Translations under genes and position numbers: made by a program
Notes under the pieces: generated by a model
Databases searched by the model: none
Told to the model about the DNA's origin: nothing
Seen by the model: the letters and a program-made list of their open reading frames with translations, nothing else
Shown: in pieces, positions 56,949 through 64,000 of the stretch
Layout of the letters: each line of letters starts with the position of its first letter
Position numbering within the stretch: position 1 is the first letter of the stretch
DNA from: Candidatus Sulfotelmatobacter sp.
GTDB taxonomy: Bacteria; Acidobacteriota; Terriglobia; Terriglobales; Acidobacteriaceae
Length of the DNA stretch: 64,000 bases
Assembly (NCBI GenBank): GCA_035945695.1
Contig: DASYZZ010000019.1
Span: 23,813 to 87,812, forward strand
Direction of reading: 5' to 3'

Positions 56949-58078
56949 GCGGCGCTGCCTCCGCGGGCGGCAGGCCACGGCTGATACTTGTATTCAAAAT
57001 TGTTCTCGCGGCTGAATTTCAATAGCGGAAAGCTATACTGCGAGAACGGAACGGGCCTTCGGCCTAGCTCTGAGGTCGCGCGCGTGTTGTCGAAAACTGT
57101 GTTCCAGACCAGATACGGCATGAAAACCTTCAGCAACGTAGCCCCCTGGCCAATGGGTCCTTTGCGATTGGAAAGGAAGTTCACGGATCCGGCAAACGGC
57201 CTTTCAGTGAATGGCGCGAAAACAGGCTTGCGCTTCTGCTGAGCAGAGGCCAGTGCGTTCGTAATTTCGCGGAAGGTCTGGGAAGCGGTGCCCGAAGATA
57301 AATGATAAGTATCGTACTGCGGCTGATCTTTCTGATGCAGGGTTGCGATTGCGTCCGCGACAAAATCGACATTGACGATGTCAATTTTGTCGGTTGGCCG
57401 GAAAGGTAGCGCCGGCAGCCCGGCCAGGAATACGAAGGCCTTCACCATATCGAATTGCGTGGTTTCCGCGCGGCGACTATCTCCCAGGACGATGCTCGGA
57501 CGGAAAACAGTTTTCGGCGTGTCCGGCAATAAGACGTTCGTCATGTGCTCGCAGAATTTCTTGGTACGCGCGTACGGATCGTAGTCAGAACGATCCCATT
57601 CAATCGAGCGATCCTCCGTCACAACCTCATTGCTGCGCTTGCCCGCGACGGCAACCGTGCTGACTTCGCTGAATCGACGGAGACCGTGGTAATGCTCGGC
57701 CTGCCGGGCCAGCGTCAGCACTTCAAGCGTGCCTCGCAGATTCACATTCAAGCAGCTCTTCTCGGACTTTCGGTTCAACGATGCGGCGCAGTGAATCACC
57801 GAATCGGTGGTGTGCACCAGTCGATCGTAATTATCGCGATCGAGGCCGAATCCGGAAGAGGTCAGATCTCCGCAAAAGATTCGCACTTTCGTTTGCAAGT
57901 ACTCGTAAAACCGCGGGAAATCGAGATGCAGTTGCAAAGAACGCCACAGGCGCGCCTGGGCCTCCTGCGGGTCGCGCGCGCGTACCAGCAGGTTCAGCGA
58001 GGCGCCGTGGCCGTCAAGAAGGTTGGCGGCGACGTGCGCGCCAATGTATCCGGTCGATCCGGTCAGGAATATCGCCAC
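56945..58078 (-). CDS. Thioester-reductase-type SDR (NAD_binding_4 / male-sterility family)
   Basis: [16 protein letters not shown] (GxxGxxG), [15 protein letters not shown] (YxxxK). Confidence 0.8.
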   Translation of the reverse strand: MAIFLTGSTGYIGAHVAANLLDGHGASLNLLVRARDPQEAQARLWRSLQLHLDFPRFYEYLQTKVRIFCGDLTSSGFGLDRDNYDRLVHTTDSVIHCAASLNRKSEKSCLNVNLRGTLEVLTLARQAEHYHGLRRFSEVSTVAVAGKRSNEVVTEDRSIEWDRSDYDPYARTKKFCEHMTNVLLPDTPKTVFRPSIVLGDSRRAETTQFDMVKAFVFLAGLPALPFRPTDKIDIVNVDFVADAIATLHQKDQPQYDTYHLSSGTASQTFREITNALASAQQKRKPVFAPFTERPFAGSVNFLSNRKGPIGQGATLLKVFMPYLVWNTVFDNTRATSELGRRPVPFSQYSFPLLKFSRENNFEYKYQPWPAARGGSAA

Positions 58079-60402
58079 GTGGCTCCGTTAGTCCCGGTCT
58101 TCACGGTGTCGCCGTTGACGGGAGTGAGTTGAAAAGTGCGGGGCGGCCGCGCCTCCAAGGGACGGCCTTCGATCAGAGGATACGTCCAGCGCCGCAACGC
58201 GGGGATATGGATGTTGATCCAGTATTCCCACCAATCGAGAGAGCGCGTGTCGTAGGCGAACTGATCTCGCTCTTCTGGGATCAGTGCGTACGACAGTTTC
58301 TCGATGTTTTCAGCGGTGAAGTCATGTTCGTTGAGCAGGATGAAAGGCTCGAACAATTCGATCAGTTTCTCAACTCGTTGCAGGTTTCGCTCGGCTTTCA
58401 CCAGGGGAGCTTTCTTCAGCGGCAGCGGTGACATGATCCGTTGAATCGATTTCACGATCGCCTTTTGTGCGGGCGCGGACATGCGGTTGTAGCGCGCCTT
58501 GGAAACGGGGATAGCGTCGAACCTCAGCCGCAACCACGATTCCAGCCCTTCCTGAGCACGATAGTGCTTGCGGTGCGCCAGAGAAGTGAGCTCGATGGAT
58601 CGTCCCATGTCGCACGGATTTGTGACGGACGTGGCTAGCTGATAGAGAGGATCATGCCGGCGCTCCATTACCGCGGCTGCAATTAAGGTCATTCCGGCGC
58701 AAACGGAGTCCACAGGGATAATGTCGAGCCGCTTGCTTTCATTCGAGGGCAACTGGCGGAAATAAGTTCCTAATAAATAGGAGAGCGAAGCCGAGGTGTT
58801 GATGCCCTCATTCCAGCCCAGGAAGGGTTTTGCCACCGATGTTTCTACGATCGCCGGCCGGACGACAGCGACGGGTAATCCGCTTCCGTACTTTGCGATC
58901 AAAGACTCGGCTAAGCTCTTGGTGAGCGTGTACGTGTTGGGCCAGCCGAGTTCCTTGGCGCGGCGCGTTCCAGCTTCCGTCAGGTACGTCTTCAGCCAAC
59001 GGACACGATTTTTGCGAATCTGGTTTTCAAGCGCCGCGCCCTGCAGATTCTTCGCGGCGTGTTCTTTGGATTGAGCCTGCATACGCAGGCCGGAGGTTAC
59101 TTCCTCGCTCTCGGAACGGGCTTCGCCTTCCTTGACGAGTTCGTACAACGAGCGCCATTCCTGCTCGGCGTCAAAGTCATCCAGACCGCGCGGATTGTAG
59201 TTTGGCGTCAGCTTCTCGCTGACACGTCCGTCCTGCTCGCCTGCGACATAGCACGTCGAGAGGTGCACCAACCCGGCGTGATCGGATGACCGGACAAACT
59301 CGAGAACATTCAGCGGAGCATCAGTATTGGTGGCAAGAGCGTCGCGCAGGTCGGGATTGAAATCGGTAAGACCGGAGCTGTTGATAATCAGATCGAGATT
59401 CGACTGCAGGCGCCGGCTGACCTGATCCGTGAAACCAAGACCCGGTTGAGTCACATCGCCTTCCACGACCTCAATCTTTTCCTGAAGAAAATCGGCGAGC
59501 TTGTCTCCGTATTTCTCGAACAGCGGATCGAAAACCGGCGAGTCTTCGATCATCTTCTGAAATCGTTGCTGTCCGGGATTCGATTTCTGGCGACGAATCA
59601 GCAGGCAGATTCGCTTGATCTCGGGCAAGTCGAGCAACGTGTTCGCGAGCCAGACCTTGCCGATAAATCCAGTTACGCCAATCAACATCACCTGCTTGCC
59701 GGCGAATGCGCGGCGCACTGAAAATCCATTGGCTTGCTTGTGCCCGTCGAAGTGAACGATCGGACGAACCGGAAATGACGATTGCCGCTCGGCAGGAATT
59801 ACCGCCCCGCGCAATTCGTCGAAGGAGATGTCGAGATGCCGCGCCAGAGTTTTCGGCGCTCGCCGGCCGTCGGGCATGTTTTCGCGGAATGGCGCAAAAG
59901 CGCCTCTTGGACGGATCACGGGCTCCAGCAAACGGCCCGTGGCGGTCCCGTCGCGGAATTCCAGACGGTTGGCGACAATGTGCCGCACTCCAAGATGCTT
60001 CGCCAGAGGTCGCATGATCTGTTCGAGCGCCTGGCTCACGAGAACAACATCCGCGCCGCTTCGAACCAGCTCCTGAACCTGGTTGACCCCGCCCTCTTTC
60101 AACCGGGGCTTCAACTTGTACTCGAAATATTCTTCCCCTAGAAGGTCGAGGCGGTCTCGGGTAACACCGCGCAAGACGGTGTGCACAACCCGCGTCGCGA
60201 ACTTGCGATTGGTGGAATAAAGAAAAGGGCGCAACAAGGCCATCACGAAGATCAGCCCGCGCCGGCGGAAGCGCTCCGTGAAGGTCTGCGCATTCCAGGT
60301 GAAAAACGCCACCGGCCTGACCACCGTCAGGTCGAGCAGGCTGCCTTCCACCCGCCAGTAGACGGTCGGAGACCCACTGGAGTTGTGGTTTGAGGAATCC
60401 AA
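58063..60402 (-). CDS. HAD-IB-like domain fused to a fatty acyl-CoA/ACP reductase (NAD_binding_4 plus FAR C-terminal domain)
   Basis: 779 aa. The N-terminal about 200 aa are HAD-IB-like ([31 protein letters not shown]). Then [13 protein letters not shown] (GxxGxxG), [15 protein letters not shown] (YxxxK) and a long C-terminal domain. TTG start. 16-nt overlap with the next gene. Confidence 0.8.
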   Translation of the reverse strand: MDSSNHNSSGSPTVYWRVEGSLLDLTVVRPVAFFTWNAQTFTERFRRRGLIFVMALLRPFLYSTNRKFATRVVHTVLRGVTRDRLDLLGEEYFEYKLKPRLKEGGVNQVQELVRSGADVVLVSQALEQIMRPLAKHLGVRHIVANRLEFRDGTATGRLLEPVIRPRGAFAPFRENMPDGRRAPKTLARHLDISFDELRGAVIPAERQSSFPVRPIVHFDGHKQANGFSVRRAFAGKQVMLIGVTGFIGKVWLANTLLDLPEIKRICLLIRRQKSNPGQQRFQKMIEDSPVFDPLFEKYGDKLADFLQEKIEVVEGDVTQPGLGFTDQVSRRLQSNLDLIINSSGLTDFNPDLRDALATNTDAPLNVLEFVRSSDHAGLVHLSTCYVAGEQDGRVSEKLTPNYNPRGLDDFDAEQEWRSLYELVKEGEARSESEEVTSGLRMQAQSKEHAAKNLQGAALENQIRKNRVRWLKTYLTEAGTRRAKELGWPNTYTLTKSLAESLIAKYGSGLPVAVVRPAIVETSVAKPFLGWNEGINTSASLSYLLGTYFRQLPSNESKRLDIIPVDSVCAGMTLIAAAVMERRHDPLYQLATSVTNPCDMGRSIELTSLAHRKHYRAQEGLESWLRLRFDAIPVSKARYNRMSAPAQKAIVKSIQRIMSPLPLKKAPLVKAERNLQRVEKLIELFEPFILLNEHDFTAENIEKLSYALIPEERDQFAYDTRSLDWWEYWINIHIPALRRWTYPLIEGRPLEARPPRTFQLTPVNGDTVKTGTNGATWRYS

Positions 60403-60508
60403 AATTGCGTTCGTCCTTACAAAATCGTCTTTTTAGTCCAGACGAAACCTATATTGTAAACAATCAGGCGCAGGGAGCGAAGCAGGAAGGTACCGTAAGC
60501 CCCTGCAA

Positions 60509-61825
60509 TCACGCACCAGACTGTGGCCGACCCGCGACGAGAGCACCCTTGAGTGCCGGACGGCCGACAATCAGGGCCGCGGCACCACTGAGCGCGACGG
60601 TCGCAGCGATTGCCAGCAGGCCTCCACGGAAACCTCCGCTCTCACTTCGAAATACTCCCACGATATCGGGCCCGAAGTAACCTCCAAGATTGGCCAGGGA
60701 GTTGATTACAGCGATTCCTGCCGCGGCCGAAAGACCGGCCATGCGGGACGTCGCCATCGCCCAGAAGGGGCCGCACATCGATTCGGCGAAGGCCAGTCCT
60801 ACTCCGATTCCGGCCACCACGACGATGGTCGAATGTCCGTAGGCCGCGGCGACCAGCCCTGCCCCGGCGGCAAAGGCGGGCACGGCGGTATGCCAGCGTC
60901 GTTCGCCACTTCGGTCCGAGGCCATTCCTACAAGAACCATGGCAACGACGGTTACGAGGAATGGAAGGACGGCAACAACTCCGGTCCAGAAGTAGCTCAG
61001 GCCGGAAAACGCGCGAATCACCGTCGGCAACCACAGAGTGACACCATACATGGTCGTCGACACTCCAAAGTATACGAGCGACAGGAGCCAGATTCGTCCG
61101 CTGAACAGCACTGCCCAGATGCTTCGAAGCGGCACGATGGCATCTTCTTTCTGCTCCTGCGCCAGGGTCTCGAGCAACCAGGTTTTTTCGTCACCCTTGA
61201 GCCAGTGCGCCTCGTCCGGAGTGTCGGCCAGGGTCAAAAAAACCACACCGCCGAGAATGATGGCGGGCAGGCCTTCGATCAGGAAAACCCACTGCCAACC
61301 AGCAAGGCCGGCTCCGTGAAGACCGAGCAGGGTCCCTGAAATCGGGCTGCCGATGACGCCCGCGAGCGGATTCGCAGTCATGAACCAGGCCACGGCGCGC
61401 GCCCGGGACCGGGCGGGGAACCATCGCTTCATATAAAGGATGATCCCCGGGAAAAATCCCGCCTCCGCCGCCCCAAGCAGAAAACGCATCGTGTAGAAAC
61501 TGAACGGTCCTTTAATAAAGACCATCAGGCAGGAGATCACTCCCCAGGTCACCATTAGCGCCGAAATCCAGCGCCGAACCCCGAACTTCTCCAGCACCAG
61601 ATTGCTCGGCAACTGAAAGAAGAAGTATCCGGCGAAGAAGATTCCTGCGGCGCGGCCGTAAACGCGATCCGTAAGACCGAGTTGGCTGCGCATCTGCAGC
61701 ACGCCGAAGCTGACGTTAATGCGGTCGAGGTAGGCAACTATATAAAGGAGGAAAAGGAAGGGCATCAGCCGCCACATAAGCCGGGAGACTACGGCGGATT
61801 CGAGGCGGTCAGACTTGATATCCAA
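60509..61825 (-). CDS. MFS transporter (anion:cation symporter-like)
   Basis: 12-TM pattern. YLDRINVSFGVLQM and GRAAGIFFAGYFFFQLPSN are typical of ACS-family MFS. TTG start in the track is uncertain. Confidence 0.82.
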   Translation of the reverse strand: MDIKSDRLESAVVSRLMWRLMPFLFLLYIVAYLDRINVSFGVLQMRSQLGLTDRVYGRAAGIFFAGYFFFQLPSNLVLEKFGVRRWISALMVTWGVISCLMVFIKGPFSFYTMRFLLGAAEAGFFPGIILYMKRWFPARSRARAVAWFMTANPLAGVIGSPISGTLLGLHGAGLAGWQWVFLIEGLPAIILGGVVFLTLADTPDEAHWLKGDEKTWLLETLAQEQKEDAIVPLRSIWAVLFSGRIWLLSLVYFGVSTTMYGVTLWLPTVIRAFSGLSYFWTGVVAVLPFLVTVVAMVLVGMASDRSGERRWHTAVPAFAAGAGLVAAAYGHSTIVVVAGIGVGLAFAESMCGPFWAMATSRMAGLSAAAGIAVINSLANLGGYFGPDIVGVFRSESGGFRGGLLAIAATVALSGAAALIVGRPALKGALVAGRPQSGA

Positions 61826-61855
61826 GGGTAAGGTCCGGACGGCGGTTTGAGGATT

Positions 61856-62341
61856 CTACTCTAAGCCGAGCTGCTGGCGAATCTTCTCGACGATTTGCTC
61901 CGGAGAAGCCGAGATTTCGACAGTCACGGCATCGTGTGGTTCCTCGAGATCGTAAAGCTGACCGGCAAGGATCTGTTCATTGGCGAAATGTCCGTGCCGG
62001 GTACTTAGGCGTTCTGCAATTAAGGCGGGTCTTCCCTTCAAATAAACGAAACGGACTTCGGGTCCGGCGCGCAACATCTCGCGGTAGCTGCATTTCAGGG
62101 CGGAGCAGGCCAGCACGACATTTTGACCCGCCTTGATCCACAAGGTGATGGATGAGCAAAGACTCTTGAGCCATGGCTCGCGATCCGCATCAGTCAGCGA
62201 AATTCCGTGGCGAATCTTGTCGATGTTCGCCTGAGGGTGAAAATCGTCGGCATCGGCGAATTCCCATCCCAGTTGCTGTGCGAGCATCCGGCCAATTGTG
62301 GTCTTTCCGGCCCCGACCACTCCCATAACGATCACGATCAT
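61856..62341 (-). CDS. gntK: Gluconokinase
   Basis: The internal Met of the track ORF gives MIVIVMGVVGAGKTTIGRMLAQQLGWEFADADDFHP (P-loop plus the GntK-type DADxxHP), then LACSALK. Its ATG overlaps the upstream TGA (ATGA). Confidence 0.85.
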   Translation of the reverse strand: MIVIVMGVVGAGKTTIGRMLAQQLGWEFADADDFHPQANIDKIRHGISLTDADREPWLKSLCSSITLWIKAGQNVVLACSALKCSYREMLRAGPEVRFVYLKGRPALIAERLSTRHGHFANEQILAGQLYDLEEPHDAVTVEISASPEQIVEKIRQQLGLE

Positions 62342-63378
62342 TTGGGCATCGCTTTGGTGTAAGTCTTCTCCATACCCGTGCGCTCGTTCGTGACCGTGAA
62401 CGTGCCGTCGCTTTGCGCGACGACCTTGAGTCCCTTCCCTTCGCAGTTTTCTTTTACGTTCGCGATGTGGTCGGGATCGACGTTGTGCGCCCGGTCGGAT
62501 TCTTCGGCATAGTGCAGCTGCCACAGGTCCTCAAGGCCGGGCGAATCGTGAATGATCTGCCAGGCAGCCGGACTTGCGCCTTTTCGCGGGCCATTGTCGA
62601 TGATCGCAACTCTCGGATGAAGCGCCCAGTCCATGGCCTTCGTGTTGGAAAGATCCGTTCCGTGGTGAGTGGCGAGGAACAGGTCAACGTTGCCAATCAT
62701 GTTGTTGGGGCATGCGATTTCCAGTTCCTTCTTCTTGGTGAGATCCCCGAGATCCAGGAACCTGAAATCGCCGTAGGTGATCAGAACGCCGATGGAACGC
62801 GCGTTCTCGGTGTTATCGACAGCAGCTTTCGGTTCAGCGTTGCAATACTTGTTTTCCTGTCCGGCTCCGGGCAACGGCTCGGTTATGTGCTCGCCTGCCG
62901 CGGTTAGCACGCGGACTTGTATGCCTTTGATGGGAAGTCCCCATCCGGGTTTCACAATGACATGCGGATGTCCGGCACTCGCCTTTTCGTACGCGGCGTA
63001 GTCGGTGCGAGTGACTTCTGAGTCCTCCATGTTCGGGCCGTGATCTACGAAGGTTCCGACCTTCATGCCGTCGACCAGCTGCGGAACTCCGCCGACGTGG
63101 TCGCGGTGATAGTGCGTGATCAAAACATAGTCGATCTGCTTCAGGCCGGCCTGATGCACGGCAGACACAATGCGGTCGGCGTCGCGGCCTTCATACCCGG
63201 GCCAACCCGTGTCGATCAAAAGCGATTGCCCGGAGGGACTCACGATCACCGTCGACTGCCCACCTTCCACGTCGATCACATAGATCTGCAGGGGCTTCGG
63301 TGCTGGAACCTTCGCCCCGCACGGGAGAACGATCACGAAGACACAAAAGCAGAGAAATAGAAGGAAGAATTTTCGCAT
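62338..63378 (-). CDS. Secreted MBL-fold metallo-hydrolase
   Basis: ATG 63378 gives MRKFFLLFLCFCVFVIVLPCGA (signal peptide). LITHYHRDHVGG (HxHxDH). A later LATHHGTD. Confidence 0.8.
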   Translation of the reverse strand: MRKFFLLFLCFCVFVIVLPCGAKVPAPKPLQIYVIDVEGGQSTVIVSPSGQSLLIDTGWPGYEGRDADRIVSAVHQAGLKQIDYVLITHYHRDHVGGVPQLVDGMKVGTFVDHGPNMEDSEVTRTDYAAYEKASAGHPHVIVKPGWGLPIKGIQVRVLTAAGEHITEPLPGAGQENKYCNAEPKAAVDNTENARSIGVLITYGDFRFLDLGDLTKKKELEIACPNNMIGNVDLFLATHHGTDLSNTKAMDWALHPRVAIIDNGPRKGASPAAWQIIHDSPGLEDLWQLHYAEESDRAHNVDPDHIANVKENCEGKGLKVVAQSDGTFTVTNERTGMEKTYTKAMPK

Positions 63379-63923
63379 CGGTGGCACCTGGTCAGAAACG
63401 TTCCGACGATTATGCCACGCAGGAGAGAGAACCCGCAGGAATGTTCGCGCTCTTTGGGATTTCAGCGATAAACAACAGAGGCAAACGCCGAATCTTTACA
63501 AATCCTAGTTCGATTTCGGGGCTTCGGCCCGATTGTTCGTCCGATTGCGTGTCTTATATCACGGTGACGCCGACTGACATAAACATCGGAGGCACAATGA
63601 GTACGAGAATGTCGGTCCGCAAGCCCGGATGAACCGACGGCCGAATCCAGCTGCCTTCGTATACTAAAGAGCGCGGCTCTGTGCATGGGAGGCAGCTTTG
63701 CCGCCAGCACCAGAGCGCCAAGTATCGTCGCCCTTGGCGCCACCTGAGACGCGTCGCAGCCGCAGAAAGCTGACACGACCACCCTCGCAGGAATCAGCGT
63801 CCTCATGCACCTCGGAACGGAAAAGCGGAGTTTCCGGCCTGGACTGGAATAGCCCGCTCTTCGCAGCAAAATTCGTCAAGACCGTGACTGTGCAAAGAAA
63901 TTAACAGCCGGCACGAAGGAGCT

Positions 63924-64000
63924 ATGGCAACCATTGCAGCAGTGGAACGCGGGCAGCCTGTCGGATCCGGCAAGGCATCACTGCTTTTTCGATGCCTCCG
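63924..64000 (+). CDS. Start of an unidentified CDS (runs off the window end)
   Basis: AAGGAG at 63916-63921, 2 nt upstream of ATG 63924. Open to the window end (MATIAAVERGQPVGSGKASLLFRCL). Confidence 0.35.
   Translation, partial: MATIAAVERGQPVGSGKASLLFRCL

Noticed and set aside
62331-62345. My hand-indexed position of the gntK ATG and the upstream TGA differed by 1 nt from the frame implied by the ORF track.
   Set aside because: The translation is continuous and the ATGA overlap is unambiguous in the sequence text (..AAATGATCGTG.. in gene sense). I attribute the offset to my manual counting and used the track-consistent coordinates.
63462-63869. 135-aa minus-strand ORF, and overlapping small ORFs, in the long region before 63924.
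   Set aside because: Arg/Ser/Cys-rich composition, no start context and no motif. Treated as non-coding.

Overview
High-GC chromosomal segment. Hand counts of single 60-nt lines in core genes gave 37-38 G+C. It is most likely from an Acidobacteriota (Terriglobia-like) genome. That is an inference from the giant CarboxypepD_reg-type TonB receptor, BNR/YVTN beta-propeller lipoproteins, GT-C/DUF2029 membrane proteins and GGCACG-type REP hairpins; no marker gene is present. I support about 58 protein-coding genes. I found no rRNA, tRNA, CRISPR array, transposase or integrase. Main blocks: (1) 1-15.6 kb: envelope and secreted proteins (BNR propellers, PPK2, BON lipoprotein, PilZ, MobA, TonB receptor, class-C-like serine hydrolase). 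(2) 15.8-24.2 kb: a translationally coupled xanthine-dehydrogenase-family enzyme, a 6-hydroxynicotinate-reductase-like protein, UPF0280, two DUF1185 proteins, and a convergent enamidase-like amidohydrolase. This looks like a reductive N-heterocycle (nicotinate-type) catabolic cluster with three conserved unknowns. (3) 24.2-26.9 kb: an AT-richer islet (membrane protein plus DUF3800), bounded on the left by a dense array of a 10-mer motif and on the right by palindromes. (4) 26.9-36.2 kb: a solitary nuoA, then the conserved uppS-cdsA-dxr-rseP-ispG string, interrupted twice by AT-richer inserts (ParB-N-like plus Cys-phosphatase; HTH-like ORF plus a 149-aa unknown). (5) 36.4-49.1 kb: YVTN lipoprotein, solitary Ku, DinB, VOC, arylsulfotransferase-like protein, PFK, three tandem GT-C membrane glycosyltransferases, an esterase. 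(6) 49.2-60.4 kb: a ten-gene same-strand string. It contains an HAD-like::fatty-acyl reductase fusion, a thioester reductase, a pyruvyl-transferase-family protein, two adenylate-forming ligases, a crotonase, a free-standing ACP, a lipid kinase, and a split Trx/VKOR pair. This is my best candidate for an undescribed lipid (fatty alcohol or ether-lipid type) pathway. (7) 60.5-64 kb: MFS transporter, gluconokinase, secreted MBL hydrolase, and a 536-nt ORF-free leader. All functional calls come from reading the translated ORFs for motifs. No database search was possible.
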